Assembly: GCA_963796275.1 (NCBI GenBank)
Contig: CAWCKY010000006.1
Location: 1,216,001-1,280,000 of the forward strand
Length of the DNA stretch: 64,000 bases
Direction: 5' to 3'
Origin: an uncultured Acidobacteriota bacterium
GTDB lineage: Bacteria > Acidobacteriota > Blastocatellia > RBC074
This document shows positions 1 through 11,299 of the stretch, piece by piece. Below the pieces are notes generated by a model. That model searched no databases. It was not told the origin of the DNA and saw only the letters and a list, made by a program, of their open reading frames with translations. The first letter of the stretch is position 1. Each line of letters opens with the position of its first letter. Position numbers and translations under genes: made by a program.

Positions 1-312
1 TGCGACTGCATATCCGGAAATTGCGGCTACCACGGGTTTGCTCAGAAGCATTCGCGATGGACCCATCGGCCCGTCGCCATTCGGCTCGACGCGATTGCCG
101 CGTCCTTCGGCGATCGCCTTCAGATCTGCGCCGGCACAGAAAGCGCCGTTATCGCCGTAAAGGACGCCTGCTAGTGCCGATTCATCAGCATCAAACTCAC
201 GGAAAGCATCGGAGAGCGCCTGCGCAGTCGCGCGGTCGACTGCATTGCGAACTTCCGGACGGCCCAGGATGACTGTTGTGATGGGGCCGTTCTTTTCGAT
301 GGAGATTGACAT
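1..312 (-). CDS. Crotonase/enoyl-CoA hydratase family protein, 5' part (runs off the window)
   Basis: Not in the ORF track. Manual translation from ATG at 312 gives MSISIEKNGPITTVILGRPEVRNAVD...FCAGADLK...LSKPVVAAISGYAVA, which has the crotonase motifs RPxxRNA, FCAGADL and KPVVAAIxG. Confidence 0.92.
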   Translation of the reverse strand, partial: MSISIEKNGPITTVILGRPEVRNAVDRATAQALSDAFREFDADESALAGVLYGDNGAFCAGADLKAIAEGRGNRVEPNGDGPMGPSRMLLSKPVVAAISGYAVA

Positions 313-340
313 ACCCTGCTCTCGACTATTGTGGTATTTC

Positions 341-369
341 TTGACAAGCCTAGCTGCGTTGCTTACTGT
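341..369 (+). promoter_or_regulatory. Putative sigma70 promoter for the carboxylase cluster
   Basis: TTGACA (341-346), 17 bp spacer, TACTGT (364-369), about 60 bp upstream of the ATG at 429. Confidence 0.55.
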
Positions 370-428
370 CCCCGAAAACCTTTAGGCTGTCAATCAATCG
401 AATCCCTGTTAGTAATGATTAAAACAGT

Positions 429-2021
429 ATGCAACCGATCAAGTCACACATCGATTTAAGATCTGAAAATTATCGAGCGAATTACGCCGCGAACCTGGCC
501 AGTGTCGAACAGCTCAGGGCGGAGTTGAAGAAATCCACACTCGGCGGCGGCGAGCAGTACATCAAGCGTCACCTGGCGCGCGGGAAGCTGTTGCCTCGTG
601 AACGCATAGAGATGCTGTTGGATGAAGGGTCTTTCTTTCTTGAAATCGCGCCGCTTGCCGGTCACGGGATGGAGAACGAGTTTGTCGGGGCTGGCATGGT
701 CGGCGGGATTGGGTTGGTCTCCGGCCATCTGTGCTTCATCATCGCCAACGAATCGACAGTCAAAGGCGGCGCGATCAGCGAGATAGGCCAGAGAAAGAAC
801 GCGCGGTTAGCCGAGATCGTGGCGATGAATCATCTGCCATCGATCTCGCTGGTCGAATCTGCCGGCGCCGACCTGCCGGTGCAGCACAAAATCTTCGTTC
901 CCGGCGGAGCCGGTTTCAAGGGTATCACCAGGCGATCGAAAGCGCGCATTCCCAGCATCTCGGTCGTCTTCGGCAATTCGACCGCGGGAGGCGCCTATCT
1001 CCCCGGTATGTCCGATTATGTTGTGATGATCAAGAGGCAGGCTCAGGTATTTCTGGGAGGGCCGCCATTGGTCAAGATGGCCACGGGTGAAGTCGTCGAT
1101 GAGGAATCGCTCGGCGGCGCCGAAATGCACGCGAAAATTTCAGGTCTGTCCGACTATCTCGCCGAAGACGAACTCGACGGCATTCGCATCGCTCGTGAGA
1201 TCGTGGCGCATCTGGAACCGAAGATGGTGCCTCAACGCACGCCTGTTGAATATCCGGTCTATCCCATCGATGAATTGCTTGGCATCGCGTCGGCGGACAT
1301 CCGCGTGCCGTTCGACGTCAGAGAGGTGATCGCGCGCATCGTCGATGGCTCGAAGTTCGAAGAGTTCAAGGCGAACTACGGCTCGACCCTCGTTACGGGT
1401 TGGGCGCGGATTCACGGCTTTATGATTGGCATCCTCGCCAATAACGGCGTGCTCATCTCTGAAGCCGCGGGGAAAGGCGCACAGTTTATCCAGCTCTGCA
1501 ATCAACAGAATATCCCGCTCCTCTTCTTGCAGAACATCACCGGCTTTATGGTCGGCAAGAGTTATGAAGAGCAGGGAATCATTCGAAACGGCGCGAAGCT
1601 GATCAATGCCGTGTCGAATTCTACTGTTCCCGCCATTACCGTGATGATCGGCGGATCGTACGGAGCGGGGAATTACGCTATGTGCGGGCGGGCTTACGAT
1701 CCTCGCTTCGTATTCACCTGGCCGAACCATCGCATAGCGGTGATGGGCGGACAACAGCTCGCGGGAGTGATGGATATCATCAAACGCGAGGCCGCGGCGC
1801 GGGCGGGAGTTCCGATCGACGAAGGGAAGCAGGAGATGGCGAAGAAGATGCTGGAGGCCCAGATCCAGAAGGAATCGGATCCGTATTTCGCGACTGCGCG
1901 TTTGTGGGATGATGGTATTATCGATCCGCGCGAGATGCGCACCGTGCTGGCGATTGCGATGATGGCTGCGCATCAAAGGCCGGTCGAGGGAACGATGGAA
2001 TGGGGGGTATTCAGACATTAA
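429..2021 (+). CDS. Acyl-CoA carboxylase carboxyltransferase (beta) subunit, geranyl-/methylcrotonyl-CoA carboxylase type
   Basis: [56 protein letters not shown] and LWDDGIIDP motifs. Confidence 0.92.
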   Translation: MQPIKSHIDLRSENYRANYAANLASVEQLRAELKKSTLGGGEQYIKRHLARGKLLPRERIEMLLDEGSFFLEIAPLAGHGMENEFVGAGMVGGIGLVSGHLCFIIANESTVKGGAISEIGQRKNARLAEIVAMNHLPSISLVESAGADLPVQHKIFVPGGAGFKGITRRSKARIPSISVVFGNSTAGGAYLPGMSDYVVMIKRQAQVFLGGPPLVKMATGEVVDEESLGGAEMHAKISGLSDYLAEDELDGIRIAREIVAHLEPKMVPQRTPVEYPVYPIDELLGIASADIRVPFDVREVIARIVDGSKFEEFKANYGSTLVTGWARIHGFMIGILANNGVLISEAAGKGAQFIQLCNQQNIPLLFLQNITGFMVGKSYEEQGIIRNGAKLINAVSNSTVPAITVMIGGSYGAGNYAMCGRAYDPRFVFTWPNHRIAVMGGQQLAGVMDIIKREAAARAGVPIDEGKQEMAKKMLEAQIQKESDPYFATARLWDDGIIDPREMRTVLAIAMMAAHQRPVEGTMEWGVFRH

Positions 2022-2188
2022 ATAGGTTTTACGCCCAAGTCGTTATTGCGTGCTGTAAAAAGTTATCGAGACTGATAATCTGACAGAAATCGATGCCTAA
2101 ACCTGCCACCTCAAACCTAATATTTTTTATTACTTTTCGGAAATAAACAGGTGTCTGGGATTAGGTTTCGCCTCAACTGGGATAAATT

Positions 2189-2947
2189 ATGTCTGATGTT
2201 ACACAACGATTCTCAAGTCGAGTCGAAAACTACATCAAGTACCGCCCCGGCTATCCGAAGGAAGTAATCGAAACTTTGAAGACAGAATGTGGATTGACGA
2301 CCGATTCCGTCATTGCCGATATCGGTTACGGAACAGGCATTCTGGCGGAGATGTTTCTGCAAAACGGGAATCCGGTCTATGGCGTTGAGCCGAACCGCGA
2401 GATGCGTGAAGCGGGTGAAAGATTATTGAAAGGGTATGCGAATTTCCGAAGTGTCGCCGCAAAGGCGGAGGCGACGATGCTGGATGATGACAGCGTTGAT
2501 TTCATTACCGCGGGCCAGTCGTTCCATTGGTTCGACCGGGCAGCAGCGAAGGTTGAGTTTGAGCGCATACTGAAATCTGGTGGGTGGATTGTGTTGATCT
2601 GGAACGAGCGGCTGGTGACAACGCCGTTTCTCGTTGAATACGAGCAATTAATCAAGTCTTTTTCGATCGATTACGAAAAGGTAGATCACCGGCGGATCGA
2701 TCCGGATATTATGCGGGATTTTTTGGGCACCGATCAATTCAGGCTTGAGCGGTTCAGAAATGTGCAGGTCTTCGATTACGAGGGGTTGAAGGGGAGATTG
2801 GTTTCGTCCTCTTACAGCCCGGAGCCTGGCCATCCCAACTATGAACTCATGATTGACAGTCTGCAGCAGCTTTTTCAGACCTATCAGGACAATGGGAAAG
2901 TTCTGGTCGAATACCAGACTATGACCTATTTCGCGCAATGGAAATAA
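2189..2947 (+). CDS. Class I SAM-dependent methyltransferase
   Basis: RFSSRVENYIKYRPGYP, ADIGYGTG (motif I), VEPN, AGQSFHWFD. Confidence 0.9.
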   Translation: MSDVTQRFSSRVENYIKYRPGYPKEVIETLKTECGLTTDSVIADIGYGTGILAEMFLQNGNPVYGVEPNREMREAGERLLKGYANFRSVAAKAEATMLDDDSVDFITAGQSFHWFDRAAAKVEFERILKSGGWIVLIWNERLVTTPFLVEYEQLIKSFSIDYEKVDHRRIDPDIMRDFLGTDQFRLERFRNVQVFDYEGLKGRLVSSSYSPEPGHPNYELMIDSLQQLFQTYQDNGKVLVEYQTMTYFAQWK

Positions 2948-4908
2948 AATCGTTCCGTAAAATTCTGATCGCCAATCGCGGTGAAATTGCGCTGCGCGTA
3001 ATGCGGACCTGCCGCGAAATGGGGATTGCGACCGTTGCGGTCTATTCCGAGGCTGATGTCACGGCAGCTCACACGCGCTATGCCGACGAAGCTGTGTTTA
3101 TCGGGCCTGCGGCGAGCAAGGATTCTTATTTATGCAGTTCGGCGATATTAGACGCGGCGCGGCATACGGGTGCAGACGCGATCCATCCCGGATACGGTTT
3201 TTTGTCGGAGAGCGCGGAGTTCGCCGAAAACTGTGCGGCAACAGGTATAGTTTACATCGGTCCGTCCCCCGATGTAATTCGCCGGATGGGGTTGAAAAGC
3301 CGCGCGCGCAAACTGATGGCTGAATCAGGAGTGTTGGTCGTGCCGGGATATGACGGCGATAGACAGGATGTCGAGACCATGCGCGCGGAAATGAGCAAGA
3401 TCGGACTGCCCGTTTTGATTAAAGCCTCAGCGGGAGGCGGCGGCAAGGGAATGCGCGTTGTGCGGTCTGAGGCTGAAATGGACGCATCGATCGAATCTGC
3501 TCGGCGGGAAGCCGAGAAATCATTTGGGGACGGCGCTTTGTTGCTCGAAAAGTACATCGAACGCGCGCGCCATATAGAAGTGCAGATAGTGGGTGATCAT
3601 CACGGAAACCTGGTTCATCTGTTCGAACGCGACTGCTCGTTGCAACGACGCCATCAAAAGATAATCGAAGAGAGCCCCTCGCCGGTCGTCGATCAAGAAT
3701 TGCGCCAATTGATCTGTGAGACGGCAGTCAAGGCCGGACGCGCGATGGGCTATACCAACGCCGGAACGGTCGAATTCATTCTCTCGGACGAGTTTTACTT
3801 TATCGAGGTCAATACGCGCTTGCAGGTTGAGCATCCGGTGACCGAAATGATCACTGGTGTTGACCTGGTTAAAACGCAGATCGAAATTTCGGAAGGCAAG
3901 CCTTTACCATTCACGCAACATCAGGTGAGCAGCTCGGGGCATGCGATCGAGGCGCGGCTTTATGCTGAAGACCCGGACAAAGGCTTCCTGCCAACTACCG
4001 GGAAGATTATCGATTGGCGCGTACCTGAAACCTCGTGCGGTTTGCGGATCGACTCCGGCGTGGAACGCGAGGTGGAGGTCGGCATCCATTACGATCCATT
4101 GCTGGCGAAAGTGATTGCTCACGCTAACGATCGCCCCGCGGCGCTGCGCAAATTGCGTTATGCGCTGAGTAGCATGGCGGTGCAGGGAATACGAACCAAT
4201 CGCGAGTTTTTAATTCGTCTACTCGGCGAAGATAACTTCGAGCGCGGCGATGTTCATACAGAATATATAGCCGAACATCTGAATGAGTTGGTTACGAGCG
4301 GTGATCCCCAATTGATACGGGCATCTATGATCGCAGTCGCCCTGTGTCAGCAAAGTCAGTGGCAGGGTACGAACGGATTGCCACCGGATTATCGTAATAA
4401 TCCGTTTCGCAACCCATCCATCAAATTACAGGTTGATGATCGTGAGACTGAAGTATCATGGCGCCACGTCTTCGGCGACCTGTACGAGGTCGAGGGTTTC
4501 GGATCTTCGGTTCAGACACAGGTGATATCCTGTGAATCGAATGCCATTCGGCTTTCGCTCGATGGCGTACAACGGTCATTTCGGATTGTTACGGCAGACG
4601 ATCTGTTCTATGTGCAGTCGACGCTGGGCGCTCAAGTGATCAGACGACTTCCTCGTCATCCGATTCACCATTCCGTCTCAGCGGAGGGAGCGGCCAGTTC
4701 ACCGATGCCCGGCCAGGTTCTGAAGGTTCTTGTCGAAGCAGGCCAGCAAGTTGCTATAGGAGAACCTTTAATCATCCTCGAGGCCATGAAGATGGAACAT
4801 ACGATGCGTGCGTCAGTGGACGGAGTGGTCGAGAATATCCTCGTAGAACAGGGAGATGTTGTTAGACCGGGACAGACCTTAGTCCAAATTGGGATAGTGG
4901 ATAATTGA
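2938..4908 (+). CDS. Biotin-dependent acyl-CoA carboxylase alpha subunit (biotin carboxylase + BCCP)
   Basis: KILIANRGEIA, HPGYGFLSE, GGGGKGMR, ERDCSLQRRHQK, EVNTRLQVEHPVTE and the biotin site EAMKM. Confidence 0.95.
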   Translation: MEIKSFRKILIANRGEIALRVMRTCREMGIATVAVYSEADVTAAHTRYADEAVFIGPAASKDSYLCSSAILDAARHTGADAIHPGYGFLSESAEFAENCAATGIVYIGPSPDVIRRMGLKSRARKLMAESGVLVVPGYDGDRQDVETMRAEMSKIGLPVLIKASAGGGGKGMRVVRSEAEMDASIESARREAEKSFGDGALLLEKYIERARHIEVQIVGDHHGNLVHLFERDCSLQRRHQKIIEESPSPVVDQELRQLICETAVKAGRAMGYTNAGTVEFILSDEFYFIEVNTRLQVEHPVTEMITGVDLVKTQIEISEGKPLPFTQHQVSSSGHAIEARLYAEDPDKGFLPTTGKIIDWRVPETSCGLRIDSGVEREVEVGIHYDPLLAKVIAHANDRPAALRKLRYALSSMAVQGIRTNREFLIRLLGEDNFERGDVHTEYIAEHLNELVTSGDPQLIRASMIAVALCQQSQWQGTNGLPPDYRNNPFRNPSIKLQVDDRETEVSWRHVFGDLYEVEGFGSSVQTQVISCESNAIRLSLDGVQRSFRIVTADDLFYVQSTLGAQVIRRLPRHPIHHSVSAEGAASSPMPGQVLKVLVEAGQQVAIGEPLIILEAMKMEHTMRASVDGVVENILVEQGDVVRPGQTLVQIGIVDN

Positions 4909-5026
4909 TAATGGATAATTGGTAATTGATAATTGGTTATTATGGCCCAGTAGTAATAACCAATTATCAACTTAACTCATTATCAATTATCAATTTATCG
5001 ATTTATCAATTATCCATTATCAATTA
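4899..5026. repeat. Heptamer (GATAATT/GATAATG) tandem repeats followed by their reverse complements
   Basis: ggataattgataatggataattggtaattgataatt ... aattatcaattatc...aattatccattatcaattat. Confidence 0.85.
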
Positions 5027-5059
5027 TTTCTCTGTAGTTAATGTTATGGAGGAACTTAT

Positions 5060-6232
5060 ATGTCAACAGCAAGTGCATTAGTAACGCGGGAAAGTTATCC
5101 TTATTTTACGGAAGAGCATACGATGTTACGCGAGACGGTCAGACAATTTTGTTTGAAAGAGATCGCTCCATTTGCGGAAGAATGGGACGAGGAAGGGATC
5201 TTTCCGAAGGATATCTTCAAGAAGGCTGGCGATTTAGGTTTATTCGGGATACGAATCGACCCGAAATGGGGCGGCAGCGGCCTCGATTGGTGGGCTACTG
5301 CGGCGTATCTTGATGGTTTATCTTATGCTAACAATGGTGGCGTGGCGATGGCATTGATGGTACAGTCCGATATTACCTTACCGGTTTTGGAAGAACTCGG
5401 AACGGACGAGCAGCGCGAGGAATTTTTGAAGCCTGCCGTTTCCGGTGATTTCATTGCAGCGCTAGGCATTAGCGAGCCGGGCGGAGGGTCAGATGTAGCA
5501 AATATCAAGACGCGCGCGCGAATCGATGGGGATGATTTTGTTATTTCGGGTCAGAAACTCTGGATAACGAATGGGACGCGCGCCGATTTCATCGTCATCG
5601 CAGTTCGCACCGGCGACGAAGGGCACAAGGGGATTTCGATGATTTTGTTACCGACCAAAACCAAAGGCTTCAGCGTCGGCAAAAAACTGAAGAAGATCGG
5701 CAACCTGTCATCCGATACAGCCGAGCTATTCTTCGACAACTGCCGCGTGCCCAAACGATATCTTCTCGGGGAGTTGAATCGAGGTTTCTATTACACGATG
5801 ATCAATTTTCAGGGCGAGCGATTAGCTGCGGCGCTCGGCGCTGTATATAAAATGGAGCGCGCGCTGGAATATGCCATCGGATACGGGAAAGAGCGTTATG
5901 CTTTCGGTCAACCGGTCGGTTCGTTTCAGGTATGGCGCCACCGCTTTGCGGAACATATGACCAGCATTGAAGCGGCTAAATGGCTCGCTTATCGCGCACT
6001 TGACCTGACCAATCGCGGAGAGAAGTGCCTGCGTGAGATAACCATGGCCAAGCTCTTCGCGAGCGATCTGGATCAGAAGGTCATGTACGATTGTATGCAG
6101 ATCATGGGTGGATTCGCATATACTACCGAGTACCCGATCGGCCGCGCCTGGCGCGATGCTCGCTTGAACACTATCGGCGCAGGTACGTCGGAGATTATGA
6201 AAGAGATCATCGCGAAAGATGCGAAGCTGTAA
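5060..6232 (+). CDS. Acyl-CoA dehydrogenase (AtuD/LCAD-like)
   Basis: [33 protein letters not shown]-x-AFG, GGFAY and [13 protein letters not shown] motifs. Confidence 0.93.
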   Translation: MSTASALVTRESYPYFTEEHTMLRETVRQFCLKEIAPFAEEWDEEGIFPKDIFKKAGDLGLFGIRIDPKWGGSGLDWWATAAYLDGLSYANNGGVAMALMVQSDITLPVLEELGTDEQREEFLKPAVSGDFIAALGISEPGGGSDVANIKTRARIDGDDFVISGQKLWITNGTRADFIVIAVRTGDEGHKGISMILLPTKTKGFSVGKKLKKIGNLSSDTAELFFDNCRVPKRYLLGELNRGFYYTMINFQGERLAAALGAVYKMERALEYAIGYGKERYAFGQPVGSFQVWRHRFAEHMTSIEAAKWLAYRALDLTNRGEKCLREITMAKLFASDLDQKVMYDCMQIMGGFAYTTEYPIGRAWRDARLNTIGAGTSEIMKEIIAKDAKL

Positions 6233-6235
6233 CAG

Positions 6236-6348
6236 TAGCCGGTAGTCGGTATTCGGTTGCCGGTTTTATGTCTGCTGGACTTGTTTGTCAGTATGTTCCG
6301 ACAACCAACAACTGACAACCGACTACCCACTCCCCACTACCGACGACT
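6236..6348. repeat. Heptamer (GGTAGTC/GACTACC-like) inverted repeat block
   Basis: gtagccggtagtcggtattcggttgccgg ... ccgacaaccaacaactgacaaccgactaccc. Confidence 0.7.
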
Positions 6349-9088
6349 ATGAGAGAAGTATTACCCTCAGGGACTAACATCGCCCGCTACCAAATAGCAT
6401 CATGCATAAGCTCCCAAGGATTGGGCGAGGTCTATCTTGCAAAAGATACAACGACTGAGCTCGAAGTTGCGCTAAAGGTATTTACCTCTCAACTGGTTCA
6501 AGAGCAACGGATTCGCAACCGTTTTGTAAAAATTCATGCCGGAGTCTCAGCTATCCGTCACCGGAATTTATGTGAGATTTATGAAGGAAAGATAAGCGAA
6601 GGTGATTTGCCATATGTAGCGATGGAATTTCTTAAGGGACAATCGCTAGAATCTGCTCGACTTGGGAAAGAAGTTGTCGATTAAGGAGATCGTGGTGTTA
6701 GCTTATCAGATAGCCGATGCCCTCGAAGCAGCGCACGCCGGGGGCTGGCTGCATTTGGCTATCAGGCCATCAAACCTGCTCCTCACTGAGGCGGGCCAGA
6801 TCAAGATTCTCGATCTCGGACAAACCCTGGCGTTCCCGCCGGCGCTTATCAGAAATGTCCTCGACCCATCAGAAGTCACGCTGACTCCCGCGTACTACTT
6901 CAGCCCGGAACAGGTTGCCGGTCAAAAACCGGATCAGAGATCGGACGTCTTCAGTCTGGGCACGGTCTTTTATGAGTTGATGTCGGGCCAAAGGCCATTT
7001 GCCGGATCTACATTCGATGAAGTGAGCGAGTCTATAAGACGCGCGCAACCACCGCCGCTGACTGAGATCAGAAATGACGTGCCGCAGGATTTGATCGAGA
7101 TTATAGAGAAGGCTCTGGCAAAGGAGTCGACTGAGCGTTATCAGAACATCGGTGAGATGGCGCGCGAACTGCGGCGCTATATGTTGTTCCAGGCGAAGCG
7201 CGCGAGTGTGGTGACTGCGGGAGATCCAAAAAGGATCGGGGCGGGAATTGAAAATGAAAAAACTACGGAAAGTGTAAGCGAAAGCGAGGAAGGTCTCGGC
7301 GCAAAAATTGTAGGAGCAGTGGCAGGACGTAAAATTTCCTGGTCGAAGCTGATTGTCACCTGGCTGCTGATGATAGGGGTGTTCTGGGGGATGTTATTGG
7401 GCGGCAGATCATTGAGCCGGTTGTTCTATCCGGCAGCCGCGAAGACCCTTCAGATCACCAGCATCTCGGCCGGCGGGAAGGTCACAAACGCCGTTATCTC
7501 GCTGTCCGGCGAAAGAATGGCTTATTCAGTCTATGATGGCGAGAACCAAATCATCATCGTCAGAGAACTGGGAAGCGGAAAAGAGACGAAGGTCGCATCA
7601 GATCCCTTAAAAGAGTATCGAGGGTTGGTATTTTCGCCTGATAGCCGCGCGATCTTCTATATCAAAGCGGACCCGGAAAATTCTTTCGGAAAGCTCTATC
7701 GGATAGAATTGAGCTCTGGCAAGGAAGAAGACCTGGGCAAGGGTGAAAGAATCGGCTCGGTCTCCTTTTCGCCAGATGGAAAGAATTTCGCCTACCTCAG
7801 CGTGAGCGAGGATCTCTCGGAAACCGTAGTCACTTTGGATTCGCCTGTGAGAACAGGGGTCATCCTGGCAAAACGTAAGAGCCCGGCATTCTTCTATCCG
7901 GGAGGTTTTGCCTGGGCTCCGGATGGCCGCGTGATCGCCTGCGCAGTGAAGGACGGAGATGACGGTCCGTTCCTCAAGATCGTCGCACTAGAAGTCGAGG
8001 GCGAGACCGAAGGCGAGAGCACAATCGCGTCGGGGCTGTGGTCTGAGGTGGGGCGCATCGCATGGATGAATGATGGCCGCGGATTGGTCGTCGCGGGGGT
8101 AGAGCCTGCATCCCGCGTCTCGCAAATCTGGCGCGTCGCTTACCCGTCAGGCGAAGTGACGCGCGTCACGCGTGATCGATTTGATTATAGAGGCGTCAGC
8201 CTGACATCCGATTCCAACCGGTTGATGTGCATTCGGAGTGAGATTACCTCGAACATCTGGGTAGCGCCGAGCGTTGATACAGAACAGGTGCAGCAGGTTA
8301 CGACTAACCGATTCGATGGGGCGAGCGGAGTAGACTGGACGAGCGATGAACGGATCATTTATGTCTCATCGGCGGGCGGACGCGAGACGATCTGGGTTGC
8401 TGACTTGAACCAGAAGCAGCAGCAGCAACTGACTATTGCGGCGCAGGGCGGCGGAGACCGTGAGCTCCATCCCGTCGTCTCACCCGATGACAATTACATC
8501 GCCTTCATCGGCGAAAGCTCTATCGGCTCATATCTATGGCGCGCAGATGTTGAGGGCCGGGGTTTGGTGAGGCTGACGGATGAGAACCAGGTATTCTCGC
8601 CCTCCTTTTCGGCTGACGGGAAAAGCATCGTCTATTCCGCATTGCGTGAGAGGCAAATGGTAATCGTCAAAAGTTCAGCCGAAGGTGGTGCGCCGGTGAC
8701 GCTCCTTGAAAAACAGGCCTGGCACCCTACGGTTTCACCGGCCGGCCAATATATCGCCTGCAACTATTGGGACAGTCGGATTGCCGGATGGAAAATCGCC
8801 GTTTTCCCGATCGATGGAAAGCAGGCCGCTCTGGTTTTCGATGCGCCGGGAGATCATCGGCGCACCGTGCGCTGGATACCGGATGGGAGCGGGCTCTCGT
8901 ACATCGTTACGCGGCGCGGAGTCTCGAATGTCTGGATGCAGGGGCTCGATGAGAAGCCGCCCGTGCAGATGACGAATTTCAACTCAGGCAGAATCTTCGA
9001 TTTTGCCTGGTCTCGCGATGGAGCGCGCATCGCATTTGCCCGGGGAGAGATGAACAGCGATCCAGTTTTCATTCAGAATTTCCGATGA
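6349..9088 (+). CDS. Ser/Thr kinase-like domain + TM helix + TolB/PD40 beta-propeller protein; split by a frameshift near 6665
   Basis: ORF 6349-6684 holds the kinase N-lobe (GLGEVYLA, VALK). ORF 6662-9088 holds the C-lobe (SPEQ, SDVFSLG), a TM helix and many FSPDG/WSRDG repeats. The two join by removing one base from the GGGAAAG run. Confidence 0.85.
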
Positions 9089-9097
9089 AGTCAGAAT

Positions 9098-9670
9098 ATG
9101 AAAACTGACGTTACTAACTTTTCACTTACAGATGTCCTCGCCGAAGCCGAAGCCATCTCGAACAACGCGCAGGTCATTTTCGGCCGATTAACCGTCGAGC
9201 AGATCAACTGGAAACCGAATGTGGAATCATGGAGTGTGGGGCAATGTTTTGATCATTTGATTATCACCAATCGCGGGTACTTCCCCCAGTTAGATCAGAT
9301 AATCCGGGGAGAGAAACGGACGACGCTCTGGCAGCGCCTTCCATTTCTACCGGGATTCTGGGGCAGGCTGCTCATCAATATGCTAAACCCGAATTCGACC
9401 AGGAGGGTAAATGCGCCGAAGCTCTTACAACCCTCATCGAGCAAGATCGATCCTCAGATCATCGGCCGATTCGCCGCTCATCAAATTGAGGTGATCGATA
9501 AAATGAAAGCCACCGCGGGAATGGATCTGGATCAAGTCATCATAAGCTCGCCGGCCTTAAAAATAATGACGTTTAGCCTGTACGATGCTTACCGTATAAT
9601 CGTCGTGCACGAAGGGCGCCATTTCAAACAGGCGCAGCGTGTGATGGAAGCGTTCGGCTTCCCGATGTAA
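9098..9670 (+). CDS. DinB family protein
   Basis: WKP...WSVGQCFDHL and C-terminal HEGRHFKQA His motifs. Confidence 0.85.
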   Translation: MKTDVTNFSLTDVLAEAEAISNNAQVIFGRLTVEQINWKPNVESWSVGQCFDHLIITNRGYFPQLDQIIRGEKRTTLWQRLPFLPGFWGRLLINMLNPNSTRRVNAPKLLQPSSSKIDPQIIGRFAAHQIEVIDKMKATAGMDLDQVIISSPALKIMTFSLYDAYRIIVVHEGRHFKQAQRVMEAFGFPM

Positions 9671-9682
9671 CAAGAGAGGGAG

Positions 9683-9775
9683 AAATAATCAGTACCGCGA
9701 GCGGTAGCTAGCGAATTTCCATTGGTGACCGATTCCTGAAAACTCGCTAGCTACCGCTCGCGGTACTGATTATTT
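9683..9775. repeat. Perfect 32-bp inverted repeat (REPIN-like palindrome)
   Basis: AAATAATCAGTACCGCGAGCGGTAGCTAGCGA (9683-9714) and its exact reverse complement (9744-9775). Confidence 0.9.
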
Positions 9776-9807
9776 TTTGTTTTACCAGGATTTATTAATC
9801 AAAATAT

Positions 9808-11250
9808 ATGAAAGAACAATTTACTGTAGGAGTAGAGGAGAAGGAGGATTCAACCCTGAAAAGTTCGGTGGGATTTTGGGCGACGCTCCGCGAGGCGGTG
9901 TTTGGGACCGAACAGGATTTCACGGAAGGCAGCATCGGCCGCGCGATCTTTCTTCTATCGGTGCCGATGGTGCTCGAGATGGCGATGGAATCGCTCTTCG
10001 GCATCGTCAATGTTTTTTGGGTTTCTCATCTCGGTAGAGACCAAACCGCGGCCGTCGGTATCACTGAGTCACTGTTGACGATCGTTTTCACAGTCGCGCT
10101 CGGCTTGAGCATGGCGACTACCGCAATGGTCGCTCGCAGGATCGGCGAAAAGGACCATGAAGGCGCGGCTCGCGCGGCTGTACAGTCCATCTTTCTGGGA
10201 ATTATCATTTCAATTCCCATCGCGCTCATCGGCGTGCTTTTCCATGAACAGCTGTTTCGGTTGATGAATGCCGATGCGGCCGTGAGCGCGATCGGCTCCG
10301 GCTACATCACCATCATATTCGGCGCAAACGTCGTGATTATGCTGCTCTTCTTGATCAATGCGATTTTTCGCGGGGCAGGTGATGCGGCGATAGCGATGCG
10401 CGCTTTATGGCTCGGCAACATCATCAATCTCATCCTCGACCCATGTTTGATATTCGGGCTTGGGCCTTTTCCCGAACTCGGCGTGACCGGATCTGCTATC
10501 GCTACCACGATCGGGAGAGGGTGTGGGGTGATCTTTCAGTTCACCCGCCTATTCGGAGGCCATGGCCGCGTTCCAGTACGGTGGCAACACGTGAAGCCTG
10601 ACTTCGTCTTAATGAAGACGATTATGCGAATCTCGCTCGGCGGAATGTTTCAATTCCTGGTAGCGACCTCCGCATGGATACTGCTTATGAGCATAGTCGG
10701 GAAGTTCGGCAGCGCTGCACAGGCGGGTTACACCATAGCCCTTCGCATCATCATCGTCACGATTCTGCCATCGTGGGGGATGAGCAATGCCGCTGCAACA
10801 CTGGTCGGGCAAAACCTCGGCGCTCAGAAGCCGGAGCGGGCCGAGAAGTCTGTCTGGTTGACCGCCCATTGCAATGCGATATTCCTGTCGGGCGTAGCCG
10901 TATTATTTATCACGCTGGCCGGACCGTTAATCCGTATCTTCACTAATGACCAAACGGTGATCTCATATGGAGTCGATGCGCTTCGTTACATAAGTTATGG
11001 CTATGTTTTTTACGCCTATGGAATGGTGGTGGTCCAATCGTTCAATGGTGCCGGCGATACTTATACGCCCACCATCATAAACCTCTTCTGTTTCTGGTTG
11101 TTGCAGATTCCGCTGGCATACACGCTGGCGAACTGGACGAGTCTGGAAGCAAAAGGAGTTTTTCTCGCAATAACATTGGCCGAATCGGTGCTGGCTATCG
11201 TGGCTATGGTGATGTTCCGCCAAGGAAAGTGGAAAGAGCGGAAAATATGA
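9808..11250 (+). CDS. MATE family efflux transporter
   Basis: About 12 TM segments; [28 protein letters not shown] and FNGAGDT motifs. Confidence 0.93.
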   Translation: MKEQFTVGVEEKEDSTLKSSVGFWATLREAVFGTEQDFTEGSIGRAIFLLSVPMVLEMAMESLFGIVNVFWVSHLGRDQTAAVGITESLLTIVFTVALGLSMATTAMVARRIGEKDHEGAARAAVQSIFLGIIISIPIALIGVLFHEQLFRLMNADAAVSAIGSGYITIIFGANVVIMLLFLINAIFRGAGDAAIAMRALWLGNIINLILDPCLIFGLGPFPELGVTGSAIATTIGRGCGVIFQFTRLFGGHGRVPVRWQHVKPDFVLMKTIMRISLGGMFQFLVATSAWILLMSIVGKFGSAAQAGYTIALRIIIVTILPSWGMSNAAATLVGQNLGAQKPERAEKSVWLTAHCNAIFLSGVAVLFITLAGPLIRIFTNDQTVISYGVDALRYISYGYVFYAYGMVVVQSFNGAGDTYTPTIINLFCFWLLQIPLAYTLANWTSLEAKGVFLAITLAESVLAIVAMVMFRQGKWKERKI

Positions 11251-11299
11251 TTTTATCCTCTAAAATGTTAGGGGTAGTAAAATGTCAGGGGTAAAATGT

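Noticed and set aside
21-272. 83-aa plus-strand ORF and the many other antisense or nested ORFs in the track
   Set aside because: Shadow ORFs of well-supported genes in GC-rich DNA; here the real gene is the minus-strand crotonase.
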